Of a stretch of 64,000 nucleotides of DNA, positions 12,628 through 24,405 are shown in pieces. The stretch's first letter is position 1; each line of letters opens with the position of its first letter. The stretch comes from Protoeuglena noctilucae (lineage: Eukaryota): NCBI GenBank assembly GCA_958009085.1, contig OY253672.1:310001-374000 (forward strand), in the 5' to 3' direction. The position numbers and the translations under genes are program-made. The notes under the pieces were generated by a model, which did not search any database, was not told the origin of the DNA, and saw only the letters and a program-made list of their open reading frames with translations.

Positions 12628-13469
12628 TCAGTAGAAGAACCCGATGACCTTCCCACCCAAGTGCTTGCGGCGCGCCTCCTCGTGGTCCATGATCCCCGCA
12701 GACGTGGTGAGCACCACGTAGCCGAACAGACGCGACGGCAGCAGGCGGTTCATCAGCAGCTCCATTTCGGAGGCCTTGACGTCGTACCGCGGCGAGATGC
12801 AGCCGCACTTGTTGAGGCGGCCGTTCAGGTGCACCACGATCTGCAGCGGGGTCGAGAGGGCGTCGCGCCGGGCCGCCTCCGCGCCGTGGGCAGGCCAGCC
12901 CACCACAGCCCGCGGCAACTCGCCTTGCCCGCCCGGTGGTCGTCCACGTACTCGAACTCCCCGATGTAGCCGTGCTTCTGCATCACCCGCAGGAACTTGA
13001 TGACCACCTTGGACACGGGGCGGATGAGCACCTGGGGACGGGGAGCCACGACGCGCGTCGTTCCATGCCCACGGCGTCCAGGCCAGCCGCGGCGGCCAGA
13101 GCGCGGGCCCGGGTTCGAGGAGCATCGACAGCCATCGAATGCGGAGGCATCCCGCCCCATTCGCGGCACCCTCCCTCGCGCACGGACGGAAACACCCCCT
13201 GCGGCCCTCCCCGCCCGCGCTGGCCTCCACGCGCCCGCCGCGAATCGCCCATTACGAACCCATGTGCCGGACTGCCGCGCTAAGCCGACGCCCGGGCTCG
13301 CAGCGACCCAAGTCGGGTCCGACCGCCCCCCCACCCCCCCCCTCCGGCGGCCGCGAGCCCGCGGGGCGCCTCCGTTTGTTCCCCCGCAAAGACTCGCCTG
13401 CCGCTTGCACCGCTTCTCCGCGTTCACGATCGTCTTGAGGCAGTCGTGAAGCACCGAGATCCGCACCAT
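12628..13469 (-). CDS. RPS15A: 40S ribosomal protein S15a (uS8), 3 exons, both introns GC-AG
   Basis: [81 protein letters not shown]...[26 protein letters not shown]. Confidence 0.98.
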
Positions 13470-13510
13470 GGCGCAGCCCCCGCAAACAAACCAGCCGACA
13501 AGCCACTCCC

Positions 13511-13586
13511 GAAAAAGGCAGGCAAGGCGGCCGGGGGTCAGGGGTTGCGGCCGGCCGAGTTTCCGGCGGGCAAAGTTGCGCCAGAA
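13511..13586 (-). promoter_or_regulatory. RPS15A candidate core promoter: pyrimidine TCT/TOP-like motif plus upstream TTCTGGCGC element
   Basis: Minus-strand GCCTTTTTC at 13519-13511 and plus-strand GCGCCAGAA at 13578-13586, mirroring RPL9. Confidence 0.4.
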
Positions 13587-14116
13587 ACTTCCGGGCGAGC
13601 CCCGCGCGTCCCTGCCCGCGGTGGCGTGCCGGCCTGCCTGTTACCCGTCCTGTTCTCAACGATTCCCTGGGACGCAGTTGGAGGCCAGTTTAGGACTCGC
13701 TGGGGAGGATTTGTAACAATCTCGTCCTGGGACGCCGGCGGTCTGTGGAACCGTGCCTGGCCAGCATCTCCGCGCTGTATATCCGCTCTAAAGTCGCTCG
13801 GTGAGGTCGGCTCGTCGAGAGGTCCACACCCCCGGTTGCCCTCGCACCACGCGTCGTCTGACGCGCGCCAGATCGTGCGCAAAAGCGCTGGCGACTGCGC
13901 CAATCCTCATTTATCGCGGTATACGATAGTGTCGGATTATCGTCGCTGGATGCCGCGTCGTGGCATGGCGCGGATCGCCGGTTGACATCCGCAAGCTCGC
14001 ATGCTCTTTCGCATCGCATCCGCGCCCTCCCCTGACGTTGGCTGCAGGCTCCTGCCGAAGGGCCAGCTCTCCTCGCGAGGCCGGGCGGGCCGCCCCGTGA
14101 GCCCCCGTGCCCTGCC

Positions 14117-15720
14117 ATGTCGCTGGCCCTGCTGAAGCTCACGGAGGGCGCCCTGGCGTCGCTGCTCCCGGGCACGTCCAAGGCGGTGTTGCAGGGACTC
14201 ACGGACGCGTCGCTGACGGCCTTGTGGGCCGTCTTTTTTGGTTGCGGTGAGCCCCAGCGCGCCAGCATCGCCGCGGCGGCGCCGGGGGTGCCTCCCCCGC
14301 CACTGCCGACGCGGGGCTTGTTGACGATGCTCGCGCGCTGGATGCGCCCGCCGACCTCCGTCCCCGCGCGCCCCCAGTGGTCCATGTGTTCCAAGGGGTC
14401 GTTGCAGAGCCCTTGGCTCGAGCCGCGTGCGTGGACTGGTCCGCGAAGGGGAAGATTGCTCCGACCAAGGAGGAAGGTGGGGGCGTGGCGCCGGGGCGCG
14501 TGGGGGGCTGGCGCGACCGCATGACGTAACGACGCGGGGCAGCGGAATTCTCTGCTCCCGGAGCAACTCGGCGATCCGCGCGCAGAGGCGACGATCGTGA
14601 AGTTCACGGAGTCCCTGTGGAAGGCCACCGTCTACACCACCTTCGCGGGCCTGGCCGTCTGGGTGCTGCACGACGAGGTGTATTGGTACGACACGCGGCA
14701 CTTCTGGACCGGCTGCGGGGACCTGCCGTGTCTGCTGCCGAAGGCAGAGGACCACAGGTGCGCGGCGTTGGGCTCCCTCGCCTGCCTCGCTTGCAGCCTT
14801 CCGCCTTGGCTCACCGGGGTGCCGTGACGCGACCCGTCGCCCGCAGGCTGCTGTACTCGGTCGAACTGGGCTTCTACATCTTCAGCATCCCGTACCTGCT
14901 CTTCTTCGAGTCCAAGCGCAAGGACTTCCTCGTCATGCTCCTCCACCACGCCTGCACCTCCCTCCTCATCCTCCTCTCCTTCGCCCTCAACTTCATGCGC
15001 GTCGGCCTGGCCATCATGTTCCTCCACGACGTCTGCGACATCTTCCTCGAGACGGCCAAGGTCTGGAACTACACGACCAAGGCGAGGGGCGGGCAGGCGG
15101 GGGGTAGTGGCTGGGGGTACGACGCTTGCAGGCGACACAACACCTCGCTCCTGCCGGCCCGCAGCACACCGGGCGGCCGGACACTGCGGCGGGGGTCATG
15201 TTCGGCGTCTTCACCGTCGTGTGGGTGCTCATGCGCTGCGTCTACTTCCCCTTCTGGTGCATCTGGAGCGTGCTGTTCGAGGTAATACGGGGGGCTGGGT
15301 TGAGCATCTGGTTGCGGGCGCGGGGCTGCGATGGCGCGTTGTGGATGGCCGGTCGCATGCTACCCGCAGTCACTCGACGTCATGGTTGAGGATCGGGAGC
15401 GAGTCCCAAGGGTGAGATCCCTCCTGCACGTGGCGGAGGCTGTGCCTGCGGCACCACGCCACGCGCTCTGACGCCACCGCTCGCCCTCCGCCGCAGCACA
15501 TAATCATCATCTACGGCTTCAGCGTGCTCCTCATCGGGCTCCAGCTCATGCACATCTACTGGACCTATCTGATCTCCATCATCGCCTTCCGGCGAGTGCA
15601 CGCGCCCACGCTGACTGTCAACGGAACCGCAGCCGCAACCCCTCCTCACGCCGCCCACGCTCGGATCGCCTCCGCAGGAAGCTCGCGTACGGGGTCGGCC
15701 GCGACATTCGGGAGGAGTAG
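14117..15720 (+). CDS. LAG1: Ceramide synthase (LAG1/LAC1, TLC domain), multi-exon
   Basis: KFTESLWKATVY, YSVELGFYIFS, Lag1 motif RKDFLVMLLHHACT..FMRVGLAIMFLHDVCDIFLETAK, LQLMHIYWTYLI, C-terminal RDIREE*. The last intron is inferred at 15592-15677. Confidence 0.92.
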
Positions 15721-16347
15721 GCGGCTCTTGGGTGGCAGCACGCTGTGCCGGGATGCCAGCCGGGGCGCCACGGGCCTTCCACCACAACAGAGCCCGTCGT
15801 GTTGCTTTCCGCTCGTGATACGATGAGTCCCGACCTGCCAACAAAAGGTCGATTTTCCTCGCGCGCCGTGAGTTGTGGCCGCGCTCGCGTTATCGTCATC
15901 ACGACGCAATGCTGTTCTTCTTTTGTCATGTGCCTCGTGCGTGTGGATGTCGGTTCCTCGCCCAAACCGCGCAGGTGTCGCGATGTAGTCGCTTTGAAGT
16001 CGAGGGACTAGACGTCGCCGCAGAACATCGTCATCGGGGCACTGTTGCCCACAGTGCGTGGGGCCAGAAAGCGCAGTGACCGTGCCACGCAACAAGTGCC
16101 GACAGGGGTGTGGGGAGGCCCGGAGAGTCGGTCAGCTAGACGGCTGCGCAGGGGCGCGGCCAGTGGGAAGGGCAAGGGCAGGGTTGAGCAACGGGGCGGC
16201 CCATGGCTGAACGCGCCGTGGGTGCGGGCCCTGATATGGCGTGGTGTGGGAGAGTCAAGACACGACAGCGCGGTGGGGACGCGGGAATAGGTCGCTGGCA
16301 CGCGGCAGCCATCTCAGCTAGGGGTGGGACAGCAGCCACGCTGCCGC

Positions 16348-19300
16348 TCAGGCGATGGGGAGGGCGCGGTGCGTGTACGAGATGCCCGTGTCCTTGGCCA
16401 CCAGCTGCCCGTTGCCCTGGAGGATCCAGCGCGTGGTGAGGAGCCCCTCGACCCCCACGGGACCCCGGGCGTGGATGCGCGTGGTGGAGATGCCCACCTC
16501 CGCCCCCAGGCCGAACCGGAACCCATCGGCGAAGCGCGTGGAGCAGTTGGCGAAGACGCACGCGCTGTCCACCCTCTGCGGGCGACGGGCGGGCGCGTGG
16601 TCGTGGCGTCCCGCGCAGGTCGACCCCTCTGCGCCATGCCGGGCATGTGCGGAATACACGCACCTTGACGAACTCCTGGGCCGCGGCCTGGTCGGTCGTG
16701 AGGATGCAGTCGGTGTGGCTCGAGCCGTGCGCGTGGATGTGAGCGATGGCGTCCTCCATGCTGGCCACCAGCTCCACCGTGACGCCCAGGGACGAGTACT
16801 CGTGATGCAAGGCGGGGGCGGGCGGCAGGCCCAGCTGGTTGGAGGCCCTGGGCAGAGAAGGGCAGGGAGATGTCGGAGCATTACGACGCAAGAATCTTGA
16901 CGTCCGATCACACGGCCTCGCCCCTCACCGCTCCCCCCCGTTGATCTTGACGCCGGCGCCCGCCAGCGCGGCCGTGATCTTGGCGATGCGCCCGTCGCTG
17001 ACGAGGTCCTCGTGCACCAAGACCTTCTCGACCGCGTTGCACGCCGCGGGGTAGTCGGTCTTGGAGTCGACGATGATGGCGCACGCCTGGGCAATGTCGC
17101 AGTCCTTGTCGACATAGATGTGGCAGACGCCGTCCGCGTGGCCCAGGACCATGATCTTGGTGTTGCGCTGGATCCACGACACGAGTTGGTTGGAACCGCG
17201 GGGGATGACCAGGTCGATGCTGCGGGAAGCGCGAGGGGGAGCAGCTGCTGCGTCGCCCCAGCTGCCGCCCTGCCGTGTCGCACACAAGCCTGCCCCCCGC
17301 CCGCACCAGTCGTCGAGCTTCAGCAGGTCCCCGATCTCCTCGCGCGTCGTCACGAGGCCGATCAGCCGAGGGTCCACGTCCGGCTGCAGAGCGTCCGTGA
17401 TGATCTTGTGGAGGATGGCATTGGACCGGGCCGCCTCCTTGCCACCCTTCAGCAGGAGGCCGTTGCCGGACTTGATGGCCAGGGACGCGATCTGCAGGGT
17501 GCGAGCGATGCCAGGGGGTCAGTCACGCGGGATGCCGGTGGAGCGGGCCCTGGTGGTTGCGACATGCGCGTGGACCGCTCGCCTGTGGCAGGGCGTCTGG
17601 CCGGGCCTCGAAGATGACGAGGCAGACCCCGATGGCGCAGGACTGCTGCTCCAGGATGAGCCCCTCGGCCAGCTCGGTGCGCTTCAGCACCTTGCCCAGG
17701 CACTCGTCCGTCTGGGCGATGCTGCGGATGCCCGCCACCAACTGCTGGATCTTGCCTGGCTTGAGCACCAGACGCTGCAGCAGGGCGTCCGCGATGCGCC
17801 CCTCGGCCGCCTCGCAGTCCGCCTTGTTCTCAAGGAGAATCTGCGGGGCAACGGAGGCGCCGAGCTGTGAGCAGCGCTGGGGACCCAAGCGCAGCTGGGC
17901 TGCGCATGTCCGTGCGTCCATGGACCCCAAGCCCGGCCGCTCGCCTCCGCCTCGTGGTCGAGGAGCGTCTGCGCCACGCGCTCGAGCATGGCGCGCCGCG
18001 TCTCGGTGGGCAGCGTCTGCAGGTGGCGGCTGGCGGCGCGCGCGGCCAGGGCCAGCTCCCGGTTGGACATGAGCTGCGTGGTGTTGCGGTTCTCCATCTC
18101 CTCGAATGCCTGAGCGCCGTCGACGGAAAAGAGAGTGCCCAGCTCTTGCCCCGCCACGACGCGCAGGATGACGTCGGGGAGCTTGCCGTTGGCGATGACG
18201 GCCGGGCAGGCGCGGCGGGCGCACTCCCAGGCGGCGTTGAGCTTGGACATCATGCCCCCGCGGCCGACGGTGGAGGTGGCGCCGAATCGCAGCTGCGGCA
18301 GGTGGACCTTCGGGCTGAAGGTGGGGATGTACTGGCTCTTGGGGTCCGAGGGCGGCCCCGTGAAGAGGCCCTCCACGTCCGTCAGCAGCATGAGCAGGTC
18401 GGCCTCGAGGACCTCGGCCAGGAGCGCCGCGAGCGCGTCATTGTCCAGGAAGGCCGGGTCCAGGCCGTTCTCGGTGGTGCGCCCGGCCGTGGCGTCATTC
18501 TCGTTAAAGATGGGGATGACGCCCGAGCTGAGGAGGGCGTCCACCGTGACTTTGAGGTTGGCCTTGAATGTGCGGTCGTGGAAGTCGTTGTTGGAGACCA
18601 GCAGCTGGGACACGAGCACGTCCATGTGGCTGAAGATGGAGTCGTACAACGCCATCATCCCTGCGCATCGCACTCGAGGGGCAGCCGTCAGACATCCGAC
18701 GCCGCGGGGCACGCGGCCGCAGGCTCATGGCGATCACGCATCCAACCAAAGCTTGCCTGACTGGCCCGCCGCGGCCGCGGCGCGGGACTCGGCGAGAGAG
18801 AGACCGCCCGACAGATGCATCTCGAGCGGGGACTTGTTCATCACTTGCTGGTGGCGGAGGCGCTGCCTGCCGACGCAAACGGCACCGCTCGAAACCAGCA
18901 CCACCTCCCGGCCCGACCGGATGAGCGCCTCCAGCTGCTCGCAGAGCGAACCGAGGCGCCCCAGGGCGAGCCGCCCGTCCGAGCTCCGCGCGACCACGGC
19001 CGTGCCCACCTTGATGACGATGCGGCGGGCCGCCGTCACCTCCTTGCGCATGGCGTGCGGCTGCGCGCACGAGGAGGGGGGGTGCCCCGAGTGCGCGCGG
19101 GCAGTCCCACCATCGCGCCCGCGGCACGAGCCGTGGCGCGGGACCAGCGCCACGCTCCCGAGACGAGCCCCTCGCATCACGGACATCGGGCGCGCGGCGC
19201 GGGGCGGGATCGCGCACCTGGCCGTACACCGCGGACGCATTCTGCACGAACGCGTTCGCCATGCAGCTGCTGCTCATGTTTGTCGCTGCAGGCAAGCAGG

Positions 19301-19728
19301 ATCGTCAACCATGAGTCCGGTGCCACCGAGCGCGCGCGGAGGAGCGGCCCGCGCGCCGCAATCCATCGCGAGCCCCGGCGACGAGCGAGGCTGCCCGTCA
19401 CGCGCCATCCCGCTACCCCAGGGGGAACGGCGGCCGAAAATAGCGATATAAGCCCGCCGAGGGTTGCAACGGCGCCCCTGTCCGCGCGGGAAAACCCCCT
19501 GCGCCCTTTGGCATCCATCCACCGTCCACACGGCGCGCACACCGCACCCGCGACGCGATGACGGCGTCCCCGCAGTCTAAAGCATCCTAGTAACACGCAC
19601 GCCGATCCGGGAGGCCCCGGGGACGCGCGAGGAGCTCGCACGGCGCCACGGGCTGCCCGGCCCAAAAGACGGCCTCAGGGACAGGGGCGCGCTCCTTAAT
19701 TGCAGGACTACTCACGTAGGCTCGTCAT
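16348..19728 (-). CDS. P5CS: Delta-1-pyrroline-5-carboxylate synthase (bifunctional glutamate 5-kinase / gamma-glutamyl phosphate reductase)
   Basis: [125 protein letters not shown]. Start at 19728 inferred (13-nt first coding exon, intron 19715-19286); alternative ATG at 19277. Confidence 0.96.
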
Positions 19729-20088
19729 GGTTTCCCTCTTCTCCCTCTCCGCCCTGCGGCGCCCCTCTTGATGTCCTCGGGCTGTCCTTCACCAGATGCT
19801 CTCCTCGGGTCGATGGTGGCAGTGGGCCGATGCTATGAAGGCGCAGGCGGAGCGGGACTCGGATTTGAGGCCGCTCGAGCGAGTCGGACGGGGGTGGGAC
19901 GCGGGTCTGACCAGGGTACTTTCCAAACCCTGGCGACCGGAACACGCTTGCACTTGGTTGTAATCTTGTTCCTCTGATCGGTGTCGGGTCCCTGTTCGGA
20001 AGTCTCGCGACATCTGGGCGGTGGGGCTGTCCGGGGCCCTCGCGACCGCGATCCGGGCGATCCCGCCACGAGAGTTGCTTCTGTGAGC

Positions 20089-22928
20089 ATGGCGGACTCT
20101 AGTGAGGTGAGGGGTGCCGGCCCGGGCCGACCCGGTGTCCACGGGCCCTCCGTTCCAAATGCTGGCAGGGCGGACACGAGAAAGGACGCTGGGACCGCGC
20201 CCGCTCGGAGAACCCCATCCGCGGGTCATCCCCTTTGCACTGCGAGCGCGCTCCGCTGGCGAATGCGCCTGTGCCGGCGCGGCGGCACCGATCACGCTGG
20301 CTGGCTCGGGACGGTAACGCATGCCTCTCCCCGCCGCTCACGCGAGAGGGGACCTGGCGTCCTCCCGTTGCCCCGCCGTTTCCGTCGATTTTGCGCGCGT
20401 GGCGGGGGCAGGCGCGAGCGAGGGGCCGCGTCGATCTGCTCCCGGCATGCGCGCTGTCTTCAAGAATCTCGCATGTCCCGCCCCCGCCGCTGCCCCCACG
20501 CCGGCCACCGAGGAAGCGCCGCCTTTTCACGCGCATTGCAGCATCTGCCGAAGATCACCGCCGGCGTGCGGCAGTCGATGGGATGGACGGTGAAGGGGGC
20601 AGTGCAGGCGGTGAAGGGGGGCAGGCTGGCCGAGCTGCGGGCCGTCTTTGACGCCCACGTGACCGAGCGCCTCCGCGGCCTGGGCCTACCAGGTAACTGC
20701 AATGCTAGACCTGGCTCAAGCGCCATCCTAGCATCGGCTCCTGCTCCTTGACGCCTCCATCACGCCCTAACCCCGTCCCAGTGTCGACGTGGAGCGCCCT
20801 GCTGCTCATTGCCATCGTGACTCAAATCGTCATCGTGACGATGCAGTTCGTCATCCGCCGGGCCACGGGGCGGAAGCTCCCGCCGCTCGTGCGTGGCATC
20901 CCCCTGGTGCGTGGCACGGCTTGGAACGCCCCTCTGCGTGCTGAGACACGCCGCACACCCACCCCACGCATGCCCGCGCTCGACCGCAGGTGGGCGGCCT
21001 TCTCGAGTTCATCCGCGGCCCGCGGAAGCTCCTGGAGAAGAACTACAAGGCCTACGGGGAGGTGTTCACCGTCCCCCTCCTCCACAAACGTATGACCTTC
21101 CTCATCGGCCCCTACGCCGCCAACCACTTCTTCAAGGCTACGGACGAGGAGCTCTCCCAGGCGAGCGGAGGCGCAGAGCGCGCAGGGAAACCCTGGCAGA
21201 GTGCGTGTGCGTGGTGACGTGCCTCGCGCCCTGCCTGCAGTCCGAGGTGTACGGGTACTGCATCCCCGTGTTCGGCAAGGGCGTGGTGTACGACGTGCCC
21301 CCGGAGGAGCGCCGAGAGCAGTTCCGCATCCTGGGGGACGCCCTCAAGAGTAGCAAGCTCGACACGTACGTGCCCATGATGGTGCAGGAGGCGGAGGACT
21401 TCTTCGGGTCGTGGGGCAAGGAGGGCGTCGTGCAGCTCAAGGACGAGCTCTCCGAGGTGCGCGGGGGGTGTTTAAGCGCATGGTACAGTGTCGCTGCCGC
21501 TCCTGGTGCGTGACGTGCCGTGCCGTGGCTCTGGCCCGCAGCTCATCATCCGCACGGCGTCGCGCACCCTGCTCGGCCGGGAGGTGCGGGAGCACATGTT
21601 TGAGGAGGTGAAGGACCTGTACAACGACCTGGACGCGGGCATGGTGCCCATCTCGGTGATCAACCCGTACCTGCCCATCGAGCCCCACCGCAAGCGCGAC
21701 GTGGCCCGCGAGAAGATGAAGGACGTGTTCCGCAAGGTGGGGCAGGAGGCAGGGCCCCGCGTGCGAGTAGCCTCCACCGGGCCACGAGGCAGAGACTCAA
21801 AGCACGACATCCGTGGGGCGCAGGTCATCCGCGCGCGCCGGGAGAACGGCGCCAAGGAGAACGACATGCTGCAGACGCTCATCGACGGCTCTTACAAGGA
21901 CGGCACGAAGCTGACGGAGGACCAGATCACGGGCATGCTCATCGCGGGCCTCTTCGCGGGTCAGCACACGTCGTCCGTGACGTCCGCGTGGCTCGGCCTC
22001 TTCGCCTACGCGGAGAAGGAGCGGCTGCTCCCGGCGCTGATCAAGGAGCAGCAGGAGATCATGGCCAAGGCGAGCGGGGCGGGGAGCGGGGCGTGTTGTT
22101 GGGGAGCGTGACAGGTCGGCCACCGTGCGACGCCCACCCAAACGCCCTGCCCCTCCCGCAGTACGGCAACGAGCTCAACGTGCAGGTCCTCTCCGAAATG
22201 AAGGTCCTGCACACGTACATGATGGAGGCCCTCCGCATCAATCCGCCCCTCATCCTGCTCCTCCGCATGGTCAAGGCGCCCTTCATGGCCAAGGACTCCA
22301 AGGGCAACGTGAGCGCCGGCCCAGCACGCGCCCGAGGACCGCGGATCGTCGCGACTCTCCAAAAATGCCAGTTGCTCGTCACCCGCAGGAGTTCTACGTC
22401 CCCAAGGGCCACATCGTGGCCACGTCGCCCACGTTCCAGGGCACCCTCGAGCTGCTGCACAAGGACCCGGGCACGTACGACCCCACGCGCTGGGCGGACC
22501 CGAGGTGGGTGGAGAGCGCGTCTCGCCCCGCCGGGCTCGCCGCTGCCTGCGCTGTGCAACCGACCTTCGCCCCTCCTGTCCTGCAGGCTGGAGCAGGAGC
22601 AGGTCCAGTACGCCTTCATCGGCTTCGGCGGGGGCCGCCACCGCTGCATGGGGGAGAACTTCGCCTTCTTGCAGGTCAAGGCCATTTGGTCGTACCTCCT
22701 TCGCAACTTCGATATGGAGCTCGTGGACCCGTTCCCGGAGCCCGGTGAGGGCCCCGTCGCCGCTCCAGCCGCCGGATTCCAAGCGCCCCGCACTGTAGCT
22801 GCCGACCTTTCGTCGCCCCGGCCGCAGACTACGAGGCCATGGTCATCGGGCCCAAGCCGTGCCGCGTCAAGTACACGCGGCGCCAGCTGGAGGTGCCGGG
22901 GCAGCAGGGGACCCCCAAGAAGCGCTGA
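20089..22928 (+). CDS. CYP51: Sterol (obtusifoliol) 14-alpha-demethylase, cytochrome P450 CYP51
   Basis: TM anchor, LPP..GIPLVGGLLEF, PVFGKGVVYD, LIIRTASRTLLGREVR, LFAGQHTSS, EALRINPPL, heme motif FGGGRHRCMGE. Start inferred at 20089 (MADSSE| intron 20107-20541); alternative ATG at 20578. Confidence 0.96.
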
Positions 22929-23462
22929 GAGGGCGCGGGACGGGGCAGCAGAGTGCTGGACGTCGGCGAAGTGCGCAACCTTGTCAGCACGGTGCCGCCG
23001 GCACCGCGCGTCTGGTGTGTCTGGTGCTCAACGCGCCAACTCGCTCGCGCCTGCTGGCACCATCTCTCCCGCGCGCTTTGAACGTCGCTGACACCTGCAT
23101 TTCGATCAGCTCGCCTCGTACCTCGTTTTGTTCGTTCCCCAGAAAGATCTCGCTCGCTAGAAGAGGGCGCCGTCCGTTCGAGGTCGAATTTGTGCTTAGT
23201 TACAGCCTCTCGCGGATTTACAGCATTCGAGGCGGGCTCGGGGAGGCAGGAAAACCCCTCCTAGGGGGCCTGCGAAGGTGTGGGGGCGTCTCCCTGCCAT
23301 CGGAGCGTGTCATGGTTGATATACTTTGCGTGGTCGAGCAGCTGGATGCCCTGCGGCCCGCAGAGGCCCGCGCCAGGCCCAGCACGACCATGGACTGCGC
23401 TTGGCTGCCTGCCCCGCTTGGCGACGCTGTCATCCTCCCCCGTGATTCGCAGTTCGTGCCAG

Positions 23463-24296
23463 ATGGCGAATGCAGTAGTGGATGACTTGGTTGTCGTCCA
23501 AAGCGACGACGAGAGCCCGCGTCGCTTGCGGCGGCGCACCCACCTCGATGCCTCGCCCCGTCCGGCCGCGCAGCATCGCGCGCCTGCTAAGGTGGAAGCA
23601 GCCAAGTTCCCGGGTCCCATCTGCGACGGTCCTTGGCTGGGGCGCTCGCCAAACGAGCCTGGCTGTGGCTTTTAACCCGCAGGGGAAGCGGCGTGGGGCT
23701 CCCGCGACCCCAACATCAGGGCCAAGCGGATCTGCGAGGAATGCCGTGGTCATTGACTTGACCGGGGATGATGACGGGGACGATGACGACATTGTGGTGC
23801 AAGCGGGTGAGCTTCCAGCTCCTGTGGGCTTTGCGTCGAGTGGTTCGATCGCGCGTCGTGCGAACGACCGTCCTGTCGATCATCGCAGTGCGGAGGCGGC
23901 GCGCGCCGGGCACAGGCCCTGCGCCTGCGCCCGCTGCGGAGGCGGAGGACCCCCCTCGCCCTGACCTCAAGACAATGGGGCTCCTTTGCATCATTTGCCA
24001 TGATAAGATGAAGGATCCTGTCATCACGAAGGCGAGCAATCACCGGCTGCACACGCCGCGGAGCCCAGCGTGCTTGACTGCCACGAAGCGCACGAAGCGC
24101 GTTCCATAGCACAGCCCAGTGTCATTCTCTCCGCTTCCTTGCACCCCCGCAGTGCGGGCACCTCTTCTGCCGCGGCTGCGTGACCGAGTGGCTGGCCAAC
24201 ATCGACAAGCAGAGCAAGCGCGTGTGCCCCACGTGCCGCAAGGGCGCGACGCTGAGGGACCTTCGCCCGGCCTTCCTTCCTGACCTGACGCTCTGA
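23463..24296 (+). CDS. RING-finger E3 ligase with SUMO-interacting motifs (RNF4/STUbL-like), 4 exons
   Basis: SIM-like DDLVVVQSDDE, VVIDLTGDDD and DDIVVQ precede a C3HC4 RING: CIICHDKMKDPVITK|CGHLFCRGC..CPTCR. Confidence 0.82.
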
Positions 24297-24405
24297 TGAC
24301 GCAGTGCAGAGCCAGGCATCTTCGTCATTCGAGCAAGCCGACGAACATAGCCCAAGCTTGTCTATCGCTCTCCACCGCCCGCCTCTCTTGGCCCTGCCAC
24401 GTCTG

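Noticed and set aside
19690..19915. Possible U3 snoRNA (TAGGCTCGT near the 5' end, GTCTGA downstream)
   Set aside because: Boxes A, B and C are not recognisable. The segment is better explained as the P5CS first exon, with a perfect minus-strand donor (AC|GTGAGT at 19715) that splices in frame.
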